Source of the DNA: Nitrosopumilaceae archaeon
GTDB lineage: Archaea; Thermoproteota; Nitrososphaeria; Nitrososphaerales; Nitrosopumilaceae
Reading direction: 5' to 3'
Assembly (NCBI GenBank): GCA_965214835.1
Contig: CBDCCK010000002.1
Location: forward strand, 2,816,001-2,880,000
DNA length: 64,000 nt
The notes below the pieces were generated by a model that saw only the letters and a list, made by a program, of their open reading frames with translations, searched no databases and had not been told where the DNA came from. Shown piece after piece: positions 41,351-52,532 of this stretch (its first letter is position 1; every line of letters begins with the position of its first letter). The position numbers were made by a program, and so were the translations under genes.

Positions 41351-42595
41351 CTGTAGTAACTATGTGTATTAACCAATCACAAAAAGGACAAGAAATTTTC
41401 ACCAAAATACCCAGATACGATACAGTGAAGCAATACGCATGAAACCAGACGACTCAATGATACCAACAGGGGGCAAGTTTCTTCCCAACGTCTCGGCCCC
41501 GTCCCTCCTTGAGAGGTACAAAAATGAGACCGACTCCAAGGCCGCAGCCAGGCTGATGGCCTACATACGGCGCAAAAAAGGCGACTCGATACGCCAGATA
41601 GCCGAGCATCTCGGCCGGGGGTACTCTACGATACGCGACTGGCTGATACGGGCCATGCAGCTTGGCATACAGGGCAGGTACGACATCAAGAGGCCCGGCA
41701 CCAAGATGTGGCTGGATGCAGGGCAGCTCAAGCAGGTGCGCGCCGACCTGATTGCGGGCCCGCGCAGCTGCGGATTAGAGTCGGAGGTGTGGACCGCACC
41801 GCTGCTTGCGGTACACATCAAAAAGAAATACAAGGTAGAGTATGTGGTCACGTCCCCTTACTAGCTAGACACGAAGATCACAATCATTCATACTAATTCG
41901 TGCCTAACTGATGGGGGTAGGTGACCTCGTACAAGGTAGACTATGCCGTCTCCAGCGTATACAAGATACTGCACATGCCTAGGCTTTTCATGCAGAAAGC
42001 CCCCCGCCCAAAGCACCCAAAACCAGCCTCAGAATCCGAGAAAGAGGAATTCAAAAAAAAGCTAGGTGGCACGTAAGGTACCATTCAAAGAGGGGGTACA
42101 CGGCAATGATAGGGGACGAGGCCTCGTTCATCCTTGGGTGGAACGTCAAGAACAGCTGGTATCCCGTGGGAAGGCCCGGTCTTTGCGCCGTCCAACCTGT
42201 CAAAGGAGAGGTTCTATTCGATCGGGGCCCTGTCGGCAAACGGACTTGACTGCCGCTTTTACAAAAAGGCCAAGTACACGTTCATCAGGTTTCTCAAGGT
42301 GCTGCGTCGCAAGTACGGCAAGGTGCTGCTGTTTGTCGACAACGCATCGTATCATAGGGCCACACTGGTCAGGGAGCAGCTAACAGAATGGAGTGGTAAT
42401 GTGGTGCCAAAGTTCCTGCCGCCGTACACGCCGGAGCTGAGCTCGATAGAGGGGCAGTGGCACGGGTTCAAAAAGTCAACTGCAAACCGCCTGTATCAGA
42501 CCGTCGGCGAGATGCAAAAGTCCATACGCGTCATGTTGCACAGGGGCGAGATCAAGATCTGCGAGATGGGTGGTTATCTCAGCTAGATACTACAG
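41351..42595 (+). mobile_element. IS630-family element, inactivated by MITE A and frameshifts
   Basis: TIRs CTGTAGTAACTA / TAGATACTACAG; HTH ORF; A8 run at 42053-42060; 'GDEASF', 'VDNASYH', 'FLPPYTPEL..IE'. Confidence 0.85.
41840..41932. mobile_element. MITE family A (93 bp)
   Basis: GTATGTGGTCAC...GTGACCTCGTAC; 8-bp TSD AAGGTAGA. Confidence 0.92.
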
Positions 42596-43095
42596 TTATG
42601 TCCATGGCCCTCCCGCACCTGCACACCGGCGAGCACGTCCCGTCGTTGTCCCGGAACGTGTGAAGCACCGTCTTCTGGGGGTCGTGTCTTCTGGATGTCC
42701 CCTTGTGGTCCCTCTGGCCTCCCGGCTTTTTGCCGGTGCCACTATTGCTGCCGTTGCCACGGTTACTGGCCCTTTCCCTTTTCCGCTGCGCCTTTTGCCT
42801 CTTGTACTATAGTGATCCTGCAGACGGTGGCGAGTTCTTGTTCTCGTAGTACCGGAGCCGCCTGTCTTGCTCCTCGATTGTCCTGTCCTTCTCCTTTATC
42901 ATCCTGCACATTGCCTTTTGGTTATTTTCTAGCGTGCTTATTCTGTCTGTGAATGATACAATTGTGGCCTCTAGTTCGCGGTATGTGGGTCGACGGCCTT
43001 TCATGTTGATGCTATACAGGCATCGTATTTGATCAGCATGATCGCAATATGTTAAGCAGGTTGTCAAAACACGTCAAAACTAGGTGACCTCGTAC
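42596..43095 (-). mobile_element. IS66-D left-end fragment
   Basis: Inverted near-identical copy of 46795-47123 plus 48644-48910; TIR GTACGAGGTCACCTAG. Confidence 0.85.
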
Positions 43096-43108
43096 CTAGG
43101 AAGTACTG
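43096..43108 (+). repeat. Orphan ISH3 right terminal repeat CTAGGAAGTACTG
   Basis: Identical to 62967-62979. Confidence 0.65.
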
Positions 43109-43181
43109 ACATGGTTACTGGGACTTGGCACTATGGAAGACTTGGAATCTTCTTTTTATTTCACAACTGCACAATTAACAC

Positions 43182-44066
43182 ATGACCAAATCGTGCAGGC
43201 GGCATTTTGCCATTACCGACTCTGACAGGGGGGAGACAATTTGTAACTTCTGCGGCGTGGTTCTGACTGAAAAGCTAGTTGACAGATGCCACGAGAATAA
43301 TTACTTTGAGGAGTTCTCTACAAAGAACAATGCCAGGACAGGGCCTGCCACATGCCTGTCGATGTATGACAAGGGTCTTTATACCGTAATTGGAAGCAAC
43401 ACTGACTCGTCCGGCCACCTCCTTTCAGGCAAGACAAAGTCCAGCTTTGAGCGTCTGCGAGTCTGGGACAGGCGCAGCAAGTCCGTTTCGTTGGGGCGTA
43501 ACTTCGGCACCGCGTTTGTCCAGCTTGACGCCATCAAGGCCAAGCTTGGCATTCCTGACAGCGTCATGGAGGAGACCGCATACCTGTATCGCAAGGTTGT
43601 AGCCAGGCGGCTGCTTCGTGGCAGGCCGATCGCCCATGTAATGGCAGCCTGCTTGTATGCCTCCTGCAGGGCCACCAACACCCCTCGGAGCATAGACGAT
43701 ATTGCAAGAACCGCCAACATCAGGAGGACATCTGTATCCAGAACCCTCCGGCTGCTGCTTTGCGGGCTGAACATGAGGCTGGAACAGTACGACATCCGGG
43801 ACTTTGCCGTAAGGCTGGCAAACAACCTGGGCCTAGGCGAGAAGACCAAAAGGCGCGCGCTGGAAATTCTGGCCGACTCTAAACGGCAGGGCATGCCTGC
43901 AGGCAAAAACCCCGTGGGGTTTGCCGCGGCCTCCGTATACCTTGCATGCCTGGAATGCGGGGAGGAGGTATCCCAGACGCTGGTCTCTGGCCGGTCCGGG
44001 ATTTCCTGCGTGACGATTCGCAACACGGCTGCCCAGATAAGAAAAAGGATCACTCTTCGGCTCTGA
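43182..44066 (+). CDS. tfb: Transcription initiation factor IIB paralogue
   Basis: Zn ribbon 'GETICNFCGVV', 'ARTG', 'RGRPI..MAACLY.SCR...PRS', 'GKNPVGFAAASVY', 'VTIRN'. Confidence 0.9.
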   Translation: MTKSCRRHFAITDSDRGETICNFCGVVLTEKLVDRCHENNYFEEFSTKNNARTGPATCLSMYDKGLYTVIGSNTDSSGHLLSGKTKSSFERLRVWDRRSKSVSLGRNFGTAFVQLDAIKAKLGIPDSVMEETAYLYRKVVARRLLRGRPIAHVMAACLYASCRATNTPRSIDDIARTANIRRTSVSRTLRLLLCGLNMRLEQYDIRDFAVRLANNLGLGEKTKRRALEILADSKRQGMPAGKNPVGFAAASVYLACLECGEEVSQTLVSGRSGISCVTIRNTAAQIRKRITLRL

Positions 44067-45441
44067 TCACCTCTTTTTTGACCCACGTAGTTTGAGATTT
44101 ATGATCCAGCAGCTCTACATTCAGAGACGCAATCTCGTCCCTGATCCTGTCTGCCTCCTCGTACCGCCCTGACCGTCTTAGCTCCTCCCTTTTTACAATC
44201 ATCCCGTTTATGGATCTTACCTCCTCGTCTGAGATTTCTGGAATGGACAGGCCTAGCACCTCCATGTACCTCTCGATCTCCGGCCTTGCAGCCTCGCTGA
44301 CGCTCTTTGTCAGCTGCTCGCCTGCGGCCAGCCTGTTGATTTCCCTGACCAGCCTGAAAAATGCCGACAATGCCTCGTGCGTGTTAAAGTCGTTTTCCAG
44401 GCATCTGTCAAACTCAAGGCCGCATCCCCTTATGATCTCCTGAATCTCCTTGGTGCCCCCTCCGCCTCGTGCATGAACCAGCTCAAAATACGCCGTCTCT
44501 GTCTGCCTCCACTTGACCAGGCTTTCCCTGAGCAGCCCCTCAGAATAGTCAATCGGCTTTGAATAATGTCCCGACAGGCAAAACAGCCTGATGACATTTG
44601 GGCCCCAGTCCCCCAAGAGCCGTCCTACGGACTTTACGTTTCCAAGCGACTTTGACATCTTCTCGCCGTTGACTGTGACCATCCCAACATGCATCCAGGA
44701 TTTTGCAAGCTGCCCGCCTGCATGCGCCTCGGACTGTGCAATCTCGTTTTCATGGTGCGGGAAGATCAGATCCCTTCCACCGCCGTGGATGTCAAAGCCG
44801 CCTCCAAGGTACCTGAGGCTCATGGCCGAGCACTCTATGTGCCATCCGGGCCTGCCTGCGCCCCACGGACTGTCCCATCTTGGCTCCGTATCTGCTAGCT
44901 TCCACAGTGCAAAGTCCAAGGGATCCCTTTTGTCCTCGTCAATTACCACCCTTGCGCCTGACTGCAGCTCGCCGATCCTCTTTTTGGACAGCTTGCCGTA
45001 TTGGGGAAACTCTGACACTGCAAAATATACGCCATTCTTGCTTACATAGGCGGCCTTTTTCCTGATCAAGTCCTCGATGAATCGGATCATGTCTGGGATG
45101 TGTTCTGTGGCCCTCGGATATGCAGTGGCCCTCTTGACGTTGAGCCCGTCAAAATCGCGATGGTAGCCTTTGATGTATTTCTCGCTGATTCCTGCTGCTG
45201 TCTTCCCCTCCACCTGTGCGCGGCTGATGATTTTGTCGTCGATGTCCGTAAAGTTCTGTACCATCTCGACTCTGTGACCCCTGCCCTCCAGATGCCTGCG
45301 CAGGACGTCAAAGACGACAATGGTCCTTGCGTGTCCTATGTGCGAGTCATCATAGACGGTGACCCCACAGAGGTAAATCCCGACCCTGTCCCCAAGCTGC
45401 AGCTCCTTTTCCTGTGCCGATAACGTGTCTGCTATCCTCAT
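44050..45441 (-). CDS. cysS: Cysteine--tRNA ligase
   Basis: 'CGVTVYD.SHIGH', 'GRPGWHIEC', 'FPHHENE', 'KMSKS'. Confidence 0.96.
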   Translation of the reverse strand: MRIADTLSAQEKELQLGDRVGIYLCGVTVYDDSHIGHARTIVVFDVLRRHLEGRGHRVEMVQNFTDIDDKIISRAQVEGKTAAGISEKYIKGYHRDFDGLNVKRATAYPRATEHIPDMIRFIEDLIRKKAAYVSKNGVYFAVSEFPQYGKLSKKRIGELQSGARVVIDEDKRDPLDFALWKLADTEPRWDSPWGAGRPGWHIECSAMSLRYLGGGFDIHGGGRDLIFPHHENEIAQSEAHAGGQLAKSWMHVGMVTVNGEKMSKSLGNVKSVGRLLGDWGPNVIRLFCLSGHYSKPIDYSEGLLRESLVKWRQTETAYFELVHARGGGGTKEIQEIIRGCGLEFDRCLENDFNTHEALSAFFRLVREINRLAAGEQLTKSVSEAARPEIERYMEVLGLSIPEISDEEVRSINGMIVKREELRRSGRYEEADRIRDEIASLNVELLDHKSQTTWVKKEVIRAEE

Positions 45442-45442
45442 T

Positions 45443-46234
45443 TTATATCTCCGGGGCCCCTGGCACTGGCTCCCTTTTGTGCCTGCTGTCCTGATTCATC
45501 TGGCGGATTCTGTTGATTTTTCCCCTTGCGATTCCAGTCTCCTTCTCGGTTTGCTCAACTGACAGCCTCCTGTCTATCAGGCAATGAAGGATTGGGTCTG
45601 TCTCCTCATATGTCAGGCCAATCTCCACCTCTGCGTCGTGGCCCTTCCACAGGTTGGGACTGCTTTTCTTTTTGATGATTTCCTGCGGAACCCCTAGGTA
45701 TTCTGCTAGCCTTCTTACCTGAGTCTTGTACAGTGAGGCGATTGGCATTGCATCTGAGGCGCCGTCCCCATATTTTGTAAAGTATCCTATCAAAAGCTCG
45801 CTTCTGTCGCTGGATCCCAACACGAGATAGTTTCTGATGTTGGCATAGTAATAAAGAACACTTGTGCGGATCCTTGCCCTGAGGTTTCCGGCACCCATCT
45901 GGTTTGGCTCCAGCACCTTTGTAAACTCTCTTACTATCAGGTTGATGTCCAGCAGCTTGTAATCCAGGCCTAGGCTGCCTGCCAGGCCCAGGGCGTCACG
46001 GGTCTCCTCGCTGGGAGATACCTTCGAGTCCGGCAGAATCATGGCAAGCGAGTTTTTTGGAAAGCATCTTTTTGCCAGCACCGCGGTGACCGCCGAGTCA
46101 ACCCCGCCGCTCAGGCCCAGCACCACTCCATCCTTTTTGGCCTGCCATACCCGCTCCCTGATAAAGTCCTCTATGGTCCTGGCTGCCCCGGCATAGTCTT
46201 TGGCGGTCATGCGATCCAGAATCTCTTGGCTCAC
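45443..46234 (-). CDS. nadE: NH3-dependent NAD+ synthetase
   Basis: 'LSGGVDS', 'NLRARIR', 'GYFTKYGDG'. Confidence 0.94.
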   Translation of the reverse strand: MSQEILDRMTAKDYAGAARTIEDFIRERVWQAKKDGVVLGLSGGVDSAVTAVLAKRCFPKNSLAMILPDSKVSPSEETRDALGLAGSLGLDYKLLDINLIVREFTKVLEPNQMGAGNLRARIRTSVLYYYANIRNYLVLGSSDRSELLIGYFTKYGDGASDAMPIASLYKTQVRRLAEYLGVPQEIIKKKSSPNLWKGHDAEVEIGLTYEETDPILHCLIDRRLSVEQTEKETGIARGKINRIRQMNQDSRHKREPVPGAPEI

Positions 46235-46269
46235 GGACTAGGCTGGGTTATTTTGGCATAAAAATTATG

Positions 46270-46572
46270 TCAAACGTCGATATAGACCCCGTCGCCTTTT
46301 TCCTCTACCGGGTATGTCTGCAGCCTGATGCCCTTGAGATAGTCAAGCAGGTCTCCGGTTTTCAGGTTATAGTGCCAGAAGTGGTGTGGGCACTCTACGA
46401 CGTCGCCTTCTATGCTTCCGCATGCTATTGACTGATCCTGATGCACGCACATTGCATCTAGCGCATAAAATCCGTCCTTGTTGAATACGGCTATTCTTTT
46501 GCCGCCAACCTCAACCTCTGTGCCCCCTCCGGACTCGATGGATCCCTTTTCTGCAACCTTTGTCCAGGCCAA
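46270..46572 (-). CDS. Rieske [2Fe-2S] ferredoxin
   Basis: CVH...CPHH motifs. Confidence 0.88.
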   Translation of the reverse strand: MAWTKVAEKGSIESGGGTEVEVGGKRIAVFNKDGFYALDAMCVHQDQSIACGSIEGDVVECPHHFWHYNLKTGDLLDYLKGIRLQTYPVEEKGDGVYIDV

Positions 46573-46621
46573 TGCCTTTTGGCCATTCTTGGCACTTATT
46601 TAGATTCCCACGCAATGGCGC

Positions 46622-46707
46622 GTAAGAGCTTGGACCCCTCCCGAAAATACGGCAGTGTGCACGGTGATCAAGGCCTTGGCCTGCAGTGCTGTGGGGCAAA
46701 CTCTTGC
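46622..46707. mobile_element. MITE family C copy
   Basis: GTAAGAGCTTG...GGCAAACTCTTGC. Confidence 0.7.
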
Positions 46708-46794
46708 CGTTGACACCGTCCCGGATTTTTCCAGAAATCCGCCGATGGGCTTGTGTATCGTGAGTGCGGGATGTGACGGCCTTGTGGATCCACG

Positions 46795-49157
46795 GTACGA
46801 GGTCACCTAGTTTTGACGTGTTTTGACAACCTGTTTAACATATTGCGATCATGCTGATCAAATACGATGCCTGTATAGCATCAACATCATGAAAGGCCGT
46901 CGACCCACATACCGCGAACTAGAGGCCACAATTGTATCATTCACAGACAGAATAAGCACGCTAGAAAATAACCAAAAGGCAATGTGCAGGATGATAAAGG
47001 AGAAGGACAGGACAATCGAGGAGCAGAGCAGGATGATGAAGGAGAAGGACAGGACAATCGAGGAGCAGAGCAGGATGATGAAGGAGAAGGACAGGACAAT
47101 CGAGGAGCAGAGCAGGCGGCTCCGTATGAGTTTACCCCTTCACCTACTTGGTGAATTCTTCCTGACCACCCGATCTATAAGATAGCATTACCTAGAAAAA
47201 CGCATGTCATCCGGCTCGGAGGTCAAGATACTGCGCGACGAGATAGCCCGCCTCATAGCGGAGATTGGCAAGATGAAAAGGGAGTTTGCCACAAGAAACG
47301 GGGAGCTGGCCACACAGCTGGCCGAGGCCATGGCACGAATCGCGATGCTGGAGGCAGAAAACCTGCAGCTCAGACAGCACATCAAATATTACGAAAACCC
47401 GCACACCCCCTCCTCGCAGAACTCGATTCCGACCAGGCAGAAAAAGGCCGCCGCCGCAAAGGCATCAGGCGGCGTGCCCGCACCTGCAAAGGCAAAACCG
47501 GGCCGCAAATCGGAACACGAGGGGGTATCACACAAGAGAAAGCCGACCGAGTTTGTAAAGCACTGCCCCAAAAAGTGCGGCAAGTGCGGCGGCACCAACA
47601 TGAAAAAGCCCGAAAAGATGTTCTCCAAGCTTGTGACCGAGACCCCTAGGAGGCCCGAGCCGGTCACGACACAGCACACCGCATACAGGCGCAAATGCGC
47701 CGACTGCGGCCACGAGTCCGTCGAGGACGACAGGTCATGGAACGTGCCGGGAACAGAATTTGGACCAAACATCACGGGGATGATGACTGCAATACACGTG
47801 GCACCTGCCTCCATACAGGCCACGGCCACGCTGTGCTCTGAGATCCTGGGCATGGACGTCTCAGAGGCAGGCGTGCTGCAGTGCCTGAGGGCCGGCGCCA
47901 ATGCGATAAAGCCCGGCGTAGAGAGCATCAAGCAGGCCATCAGGGATTCTGATTATCTGCATATTGACGAGACTGCCATGCCATACAACGGCAGGACGGC
48001 CCGCATATGGGTGGTCGTGGGAAGAAAAGGTGACGGCACCGTCACCGGGATCCACACGCTGGCCGCACCCAGCAGGGGCAGGGCCGTAGTTGACATGAAC
48101 TTTCCATATTATGACAAACCGGTCACAGTCGACGGGTACGGCGTATACGCCGCATTCAAGATCAGGCAGTGGTGCCGGATCCGCATACTCCGGGAGGCCA
48201 GGGAGGCCGGCAAGGTTTCCCGGCAGGCCCACGCGCTGTATGTGGCCCTCAAGAAAAAGTTTATCCATGCCAAGGGGCTGGGGCCGCCGGAGGGCGCCGC
48301 CCAGCACGACATGCTGGTGGCAGAAACGCGCGGGCTGGCCGAGGCATTCGGCAGGGAGGCCGGATGCGAGAGCTTTGCCACAAAGCTTGGGAACGCCTCG
48401 GAATACCTGTACACGTTCGTGCTATACCCGGGCATGGAGCCCACCAACAACCTGGCCGAGCGCATGCTGAGGCCGTCCGTAATTGCACGCAAGATATTCC
48501 AGGGACTCCGTACCATGGAAGGCATGGAGATGTTCACCGTACTGATGACATGCGCGATGAACTGGCGCGCCCGGGGATGCGGCGTGAGGGAGATGGTCGT
48601 CAAGACCCTGACTGGCAGCGTCGCCTGAGGGGTAAACTCTTACGGCGGCTCCGGTACTACGAGAACGAGAACTCGCCACCGTCTGCAGAATCACTAGAGT
48701 ACAAGAGGCAAAAGGCGCAGCGGAAAAGGGAGAGGGCCAGTAACCGTGGCAACGGCAGCAGTAGTGGCACCGGCAAAAAGCCGGGAGGCCAGAGGGGCCA
48801 CAAGGGGACATCCAGAAGACACGACCCCCAGAAGACGGTGCTTCACACGTTCCAGGACAACGACGGGACGTGCTCGCCGGTGTGCATGTGCGGGAGGGCC
48901 ATGGACATAACTGCCCTGATACGGGACATCATCGACTTTGAACCGGTTCGGATGACAGAGACGAGGCACATAACCGAGCGTGCTACATGCAGACTGTGCG
49001 GCATTACGATATCAGCAGACGACGGACTCCCAAGGAGGGGCAGGTACGGCAAGCACATGATCTCCCTTGTGTCTGCCTTGCGCGCAAGGCACATGCCGCT
49101 GCAGTCCGTGGCAGACACACTCAAGGATTTTACCGGCAGGAGCATCGCCAAATCGAC
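46795..49157 (+). mobile_element. IS66-D, interrupted by IS66-A copy 2 and truncated by IS66-E
   Basis: TIR at 46795; reading resumes 'RRLRYYENENSPPS' after 48643; 42-bp repeat x3 at ~46998-47113. Confidence 0.85.
47124..48643 (+). mobile_element. IS66-A-type copy 2 with transposase 47204-48628
   Basis: TIRs GTATGAGTTTACCCCT / AGGGGTAAACTCTTAC; 9-bp TSD GGCGGCTCC; CWAH motif altered to CRIR. Confidence 0.92.
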
Positions 49158-50792
49158 GTATGAGGTCACCTACCCCTCACAATAGGGTAAACATTACTGA
49201 CGGTGCTGATCCTTATACTATGATCGCGTAGACTAGGCATTGTGAAAGGTCAGCCCTCCGCATGCTGCGAGATCGAGGCATCTACAGCATCGCCCACGGA
49301 GACGATAAGGAATCTAAAAAAGGATCTCAAGGAGCGCGACAATATCATTGAGGAGCAGGGCAGGACCATTGAAAAGCTAAACAAGACACTTGAAAAGCGC
49401 GACAAGACCATCAGGGAGCAGGACAACCGGCTCCGATACTACGAGAACAAGAACTCGCCCCCGTCAGCAGACTCGCTGGAGTGGAAGAGGCAAAAGGCAC
49501 AGAGGAGAAAGGAGAGGGCTAGGTCCGATGCTGCAGCCGGGGATGACGGCACCGGGGAGGACAGAAAAAAGCCCGGCGGCCAGAAGGGCCACAATGGCGT
49601 ATCGCGCACCCACCGGCCCACCAGGGTACAGAAACACTGCTTTCCGGGTGGACGGGCGCCGGAGTGCAAGTGCGGCACCACCACAGAGATCATGAAAAAG
49701 CCGCAGGTGCGCGACATGATAGGATTCAAGATAAAGTACACCGAGACGCGCCACGAGACACAGAGGGCAGTGTGCCCGAAATGCGGCACCATGCATACTG
49801 CCCCCGACGGCCTGCCCCGACGCGGCAGCTATGACACGAGCGTGGTCACAGCCGTCACAAAGCTGCGCAGCGAGGGCGTCCCACACAACAGGATCCCGGG
49901 TATAATGTCAGATATCCTGGGCGTGCACATGTCAAAGTCAACTGCAATCAACAGCATAGGACGCGTCTGCGACGCCGCAAAGGCGCCTGCCGAGGCCATC
50001 GCAGAGGAGGTAAGAAGCTCAAAGACGGTCTGCATAGACGAGACGGGGATCAACCTGGCAGGCAGACTGGGATGGGCGTGGGCCATGCTGTCGGCGGTGG
50101 GCGTGTTCATGATATATGCAGACACCAGGAGCGCCCGGATCCTGGACCAGTACATGGGCGGGTACGGGGGCGCCGTCACATCGGACGGATATCCCGCATA
50201 CAAGAGGTTCGGGCTGCTGGGAAGGCTCCAGCGGTGCTGGGCGCACGAGCTGCGGTTCCTCCTGTATGGCTCGCAGAAAAAGGGTGCCCTGCTGTTTGCA
50301 GGAGTCCTGTACCGGCAGATGCAGCAGCTGTTCAAGGATGCTAGGGAGTGTCTTGAGGGCTGGGACAAGCTGTCCGGGGAGGATCTCCGGGAGCTCGAGG
50401 AGAGGACGGGGATAAGCAGTGCCGGCGGGCTGATGGGGCGGCACTCGCCGGAGCTGCGCCGGCGGTTTGAGACCAACATGCAGAACATGCTGTTCGGATA
50501 CGTTGATGCATGGGGCGGCCCGCTGGAGCCCCTTCTCAAGAGGATGCACAGGGCCCTGCCGTGCATGTTTGCGTTTCTGGAATACGAGGGTGTCGAGCCG
50601 ACCAACAATGGTGCAGAGCGGGCGCTGCGCCCCGTCGTGCTTCAATTCAAGATAAGCGGCCAGATCAAGGGCGGCCTGGTCTGGACGGAAAGGCATGGAT
50701 GGCTCAATACATGCGTGTCGACATGGAAGCTGCAGGGCAAGTCCATCATGGATGAGGTGGCCAAAATAATCTAGGGGTAGGTGACCACATAC
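49158..50792 (+). mobile_element. IS66-E with intact transposase 49242-50774; probable partner of MITE A
   Basis: TIR GTATG(A/T)GGTCACCTACCCCT; 'IDETG', 'SDGY', 'QRCWAH', 'PTNNGAERALR'; no TSD. Confidence 0.9.
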
Positions 50793-50825
50793 GAATACTT
50801 TACCCTTTGCCGATCAGGAAAAACG

Positions 50826-51100
50826 ATGAAAAAGGCAGCGCTTACAGAGCGGCAGATAAAATACGCTACAAGGCAGCGAGAGAAGGGCAGGACGCTGAAG
50901 GCAATAGTAAGGGAGCTGGAGGTGACGCCCCGGTACGTGGGCAGGCTGCGCCGAGTCCGAAAGGACCGGCACGGTGCACGTGCAAAGGAGTCCCGCCAAG
51001 CCCGCATCGCCGCCGCCCTTAAGCGACAAGGTAGAGGCGGTGCTTCGACTGCACGCCGGGCAGGACATCGGCGCGGTGCGCACGACCAGCGCGAGCCCCT
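50826..51100 (+). pseudogene. HTH fragment, probably an IS481-like transposase N-terminus
   Basis: 'KGRTLKAIVRELEVTPRYVGRL'. Confidence 0.45.
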
Positions 51101-51404
51101 CCCTGCACAGGATCCCATCGGGAGAGACGCCGGCTGCAAGCTGCTTTAGCTGGGGCGGCACCTCCGCATGCGCGGTGGCAATGGCAGCTGTTGCCAGAAC
51201 GAGAGAGTCCTGCCGCGGCAAGGCGTCTGATCATGGCATGCCTACAGGCATGTTTCCAAAAAGATTGTCGCCGCGTACGAGGCCGCCTTCCCCTCAGATA
51301 GTTAAGCGCGGGTTGCATGCAACGGTGATTTGCACGCCCGGCAGTGGTGGAATGCGGCCTCGTACGCTTGAGCCATCCTGCAAAGGCTCCGGCCAGGCAC
51401 CAAG

Positions 51405-52532
51405 CTACGCATACAGCTCCTTCATCAAGTAGACATGCTCTGGGGTTGCACCGTTTAGAATATTTTTGTTAAAGGGAACAGAATCAGGCATAGAATTGCG
51501 GCAGGATTCAGCCTCAGAGGCCGGATCTGAGATGTTGTTGTTTTCCATGTCGTTGATTTTCGATATTATCCCGTGCATGGATGCAGAGGACGCATCAGCA
51601 GAACGTGTGCCATCAAAAATTCCCCCGACATGCTGGATCAGGATTTTGATTAACAAGATGTCAGAAACGTGTCTGGTCTTCTTATAACTTGCATCCTTTG
51701 AGATATAGGTTCCCTGGAAATCAGAATGCCGCTTTGCCTGTGCTGCGGTAATGCTCACAGCGGAAGTCAGATCCAGAAAGCCATCCACCGAACAGGAGAT
51801 GTTTTGAACTATGTCATCGACGGCATACTTTGGAGAATGAAAGTGCGCAGTCTTAAAACCAGTGAGTCTTGGAAAGATATCAACTGCTTCCCGTATGTCA
51901 TGCTTGTCGGACAGTCGCATTAGCGCAGCAATGTCGTAGATTTGCTTGGCAATCTCCGTCTGTCGGGTGGGCTTCAGTCCGATTGTGCCCAGTGCCAGGG
52001 TGGTAATCTTGTCAGCCAAAAGAGCGCCCTTGGAGAGAATGTTCATCTCCGCAGTTGTGGAAAAGCCAAAAACGGTGGTGCCTAGAGGCACCGTCCTTGT
52101 GGACAGCGGCAAGCCAGACTCGCAGAGAAAGTCAACCTTGACGGATCCTCTGCCGCCCAGGCACGAGTCATAGGATACCTTGTAGGTGATCAGGTTGTCA
52201 AGAGGGTAGGGATTTGACGGATGGTACTCCTTACATGCAAGCTCATCCATGGCATCAATGCCGACCATTGCATCTCGGACATCATCAAGCGTGCCGGGGG
52301 TCATCAGATCGATGTCGATGCTCAGCCGCTTGGCGGCATCTGGCAAATGAAACGGCATGCACATGCCTCCCCTGACTATGCAGCCAAGACTGCCTGAAAC
52401 ATGGCGATACACCTCAAAGTCCATCATGAATTTTTCAACGGAAGATCTATCAACAAAGCCATACCGGACCGCGACTGCACCAACGTTTTCAGCTGTCAGA
52501 TATCGGGATAATGATAGTGGCAAGTCACTCAC
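51405..52532 (-). CDS. AbiEii/AbiGii-like nucleotidyltransferase toxin
   Basis: 'RGGMCM....RLSIDIDL' (GG...RxSxDxD), 'LLADKITTL', 'KQIYDI'. Confidence 0.85.
   Translation of the reverse strand: MSDLPLSLSRYLTAENVGAVAVRYGFVDRSSVEKFMMDFEVYRHVSGSLGCIVRGGMCMPFHLPDAAKRLSIDIDLMTPGTLDDVRDAMVGIDAMDELACKEYHPSNPYPLDNLITYKVSYDSCLGGRGSVKVDFLCESGLPLSTRTVPLGTTVFGFSTTAEMNILSKGALLADKITTLALGTIGLKPTRQTEIAKQIYDIAALMRLSDKHDIREAVDIFPRLTGFKTAHFHSPKYAVDDIVQNISCSVDGFLDLTSAVSITAAQAKRHSDFQGTYISKDASYKKTRHVSDILLIKILIQHVGGIFDGTRSADASSASMHGIISKINDMENNNISDPASEAESCRNSMPDSVPFNKNILNGATPEHVYLMKELYA

Noticed and set aside
42050-42062. A8 slippery site in IS630 as a novel recoding signal
   Set aside because: Standard for IS630, and this copy is otherwise broken
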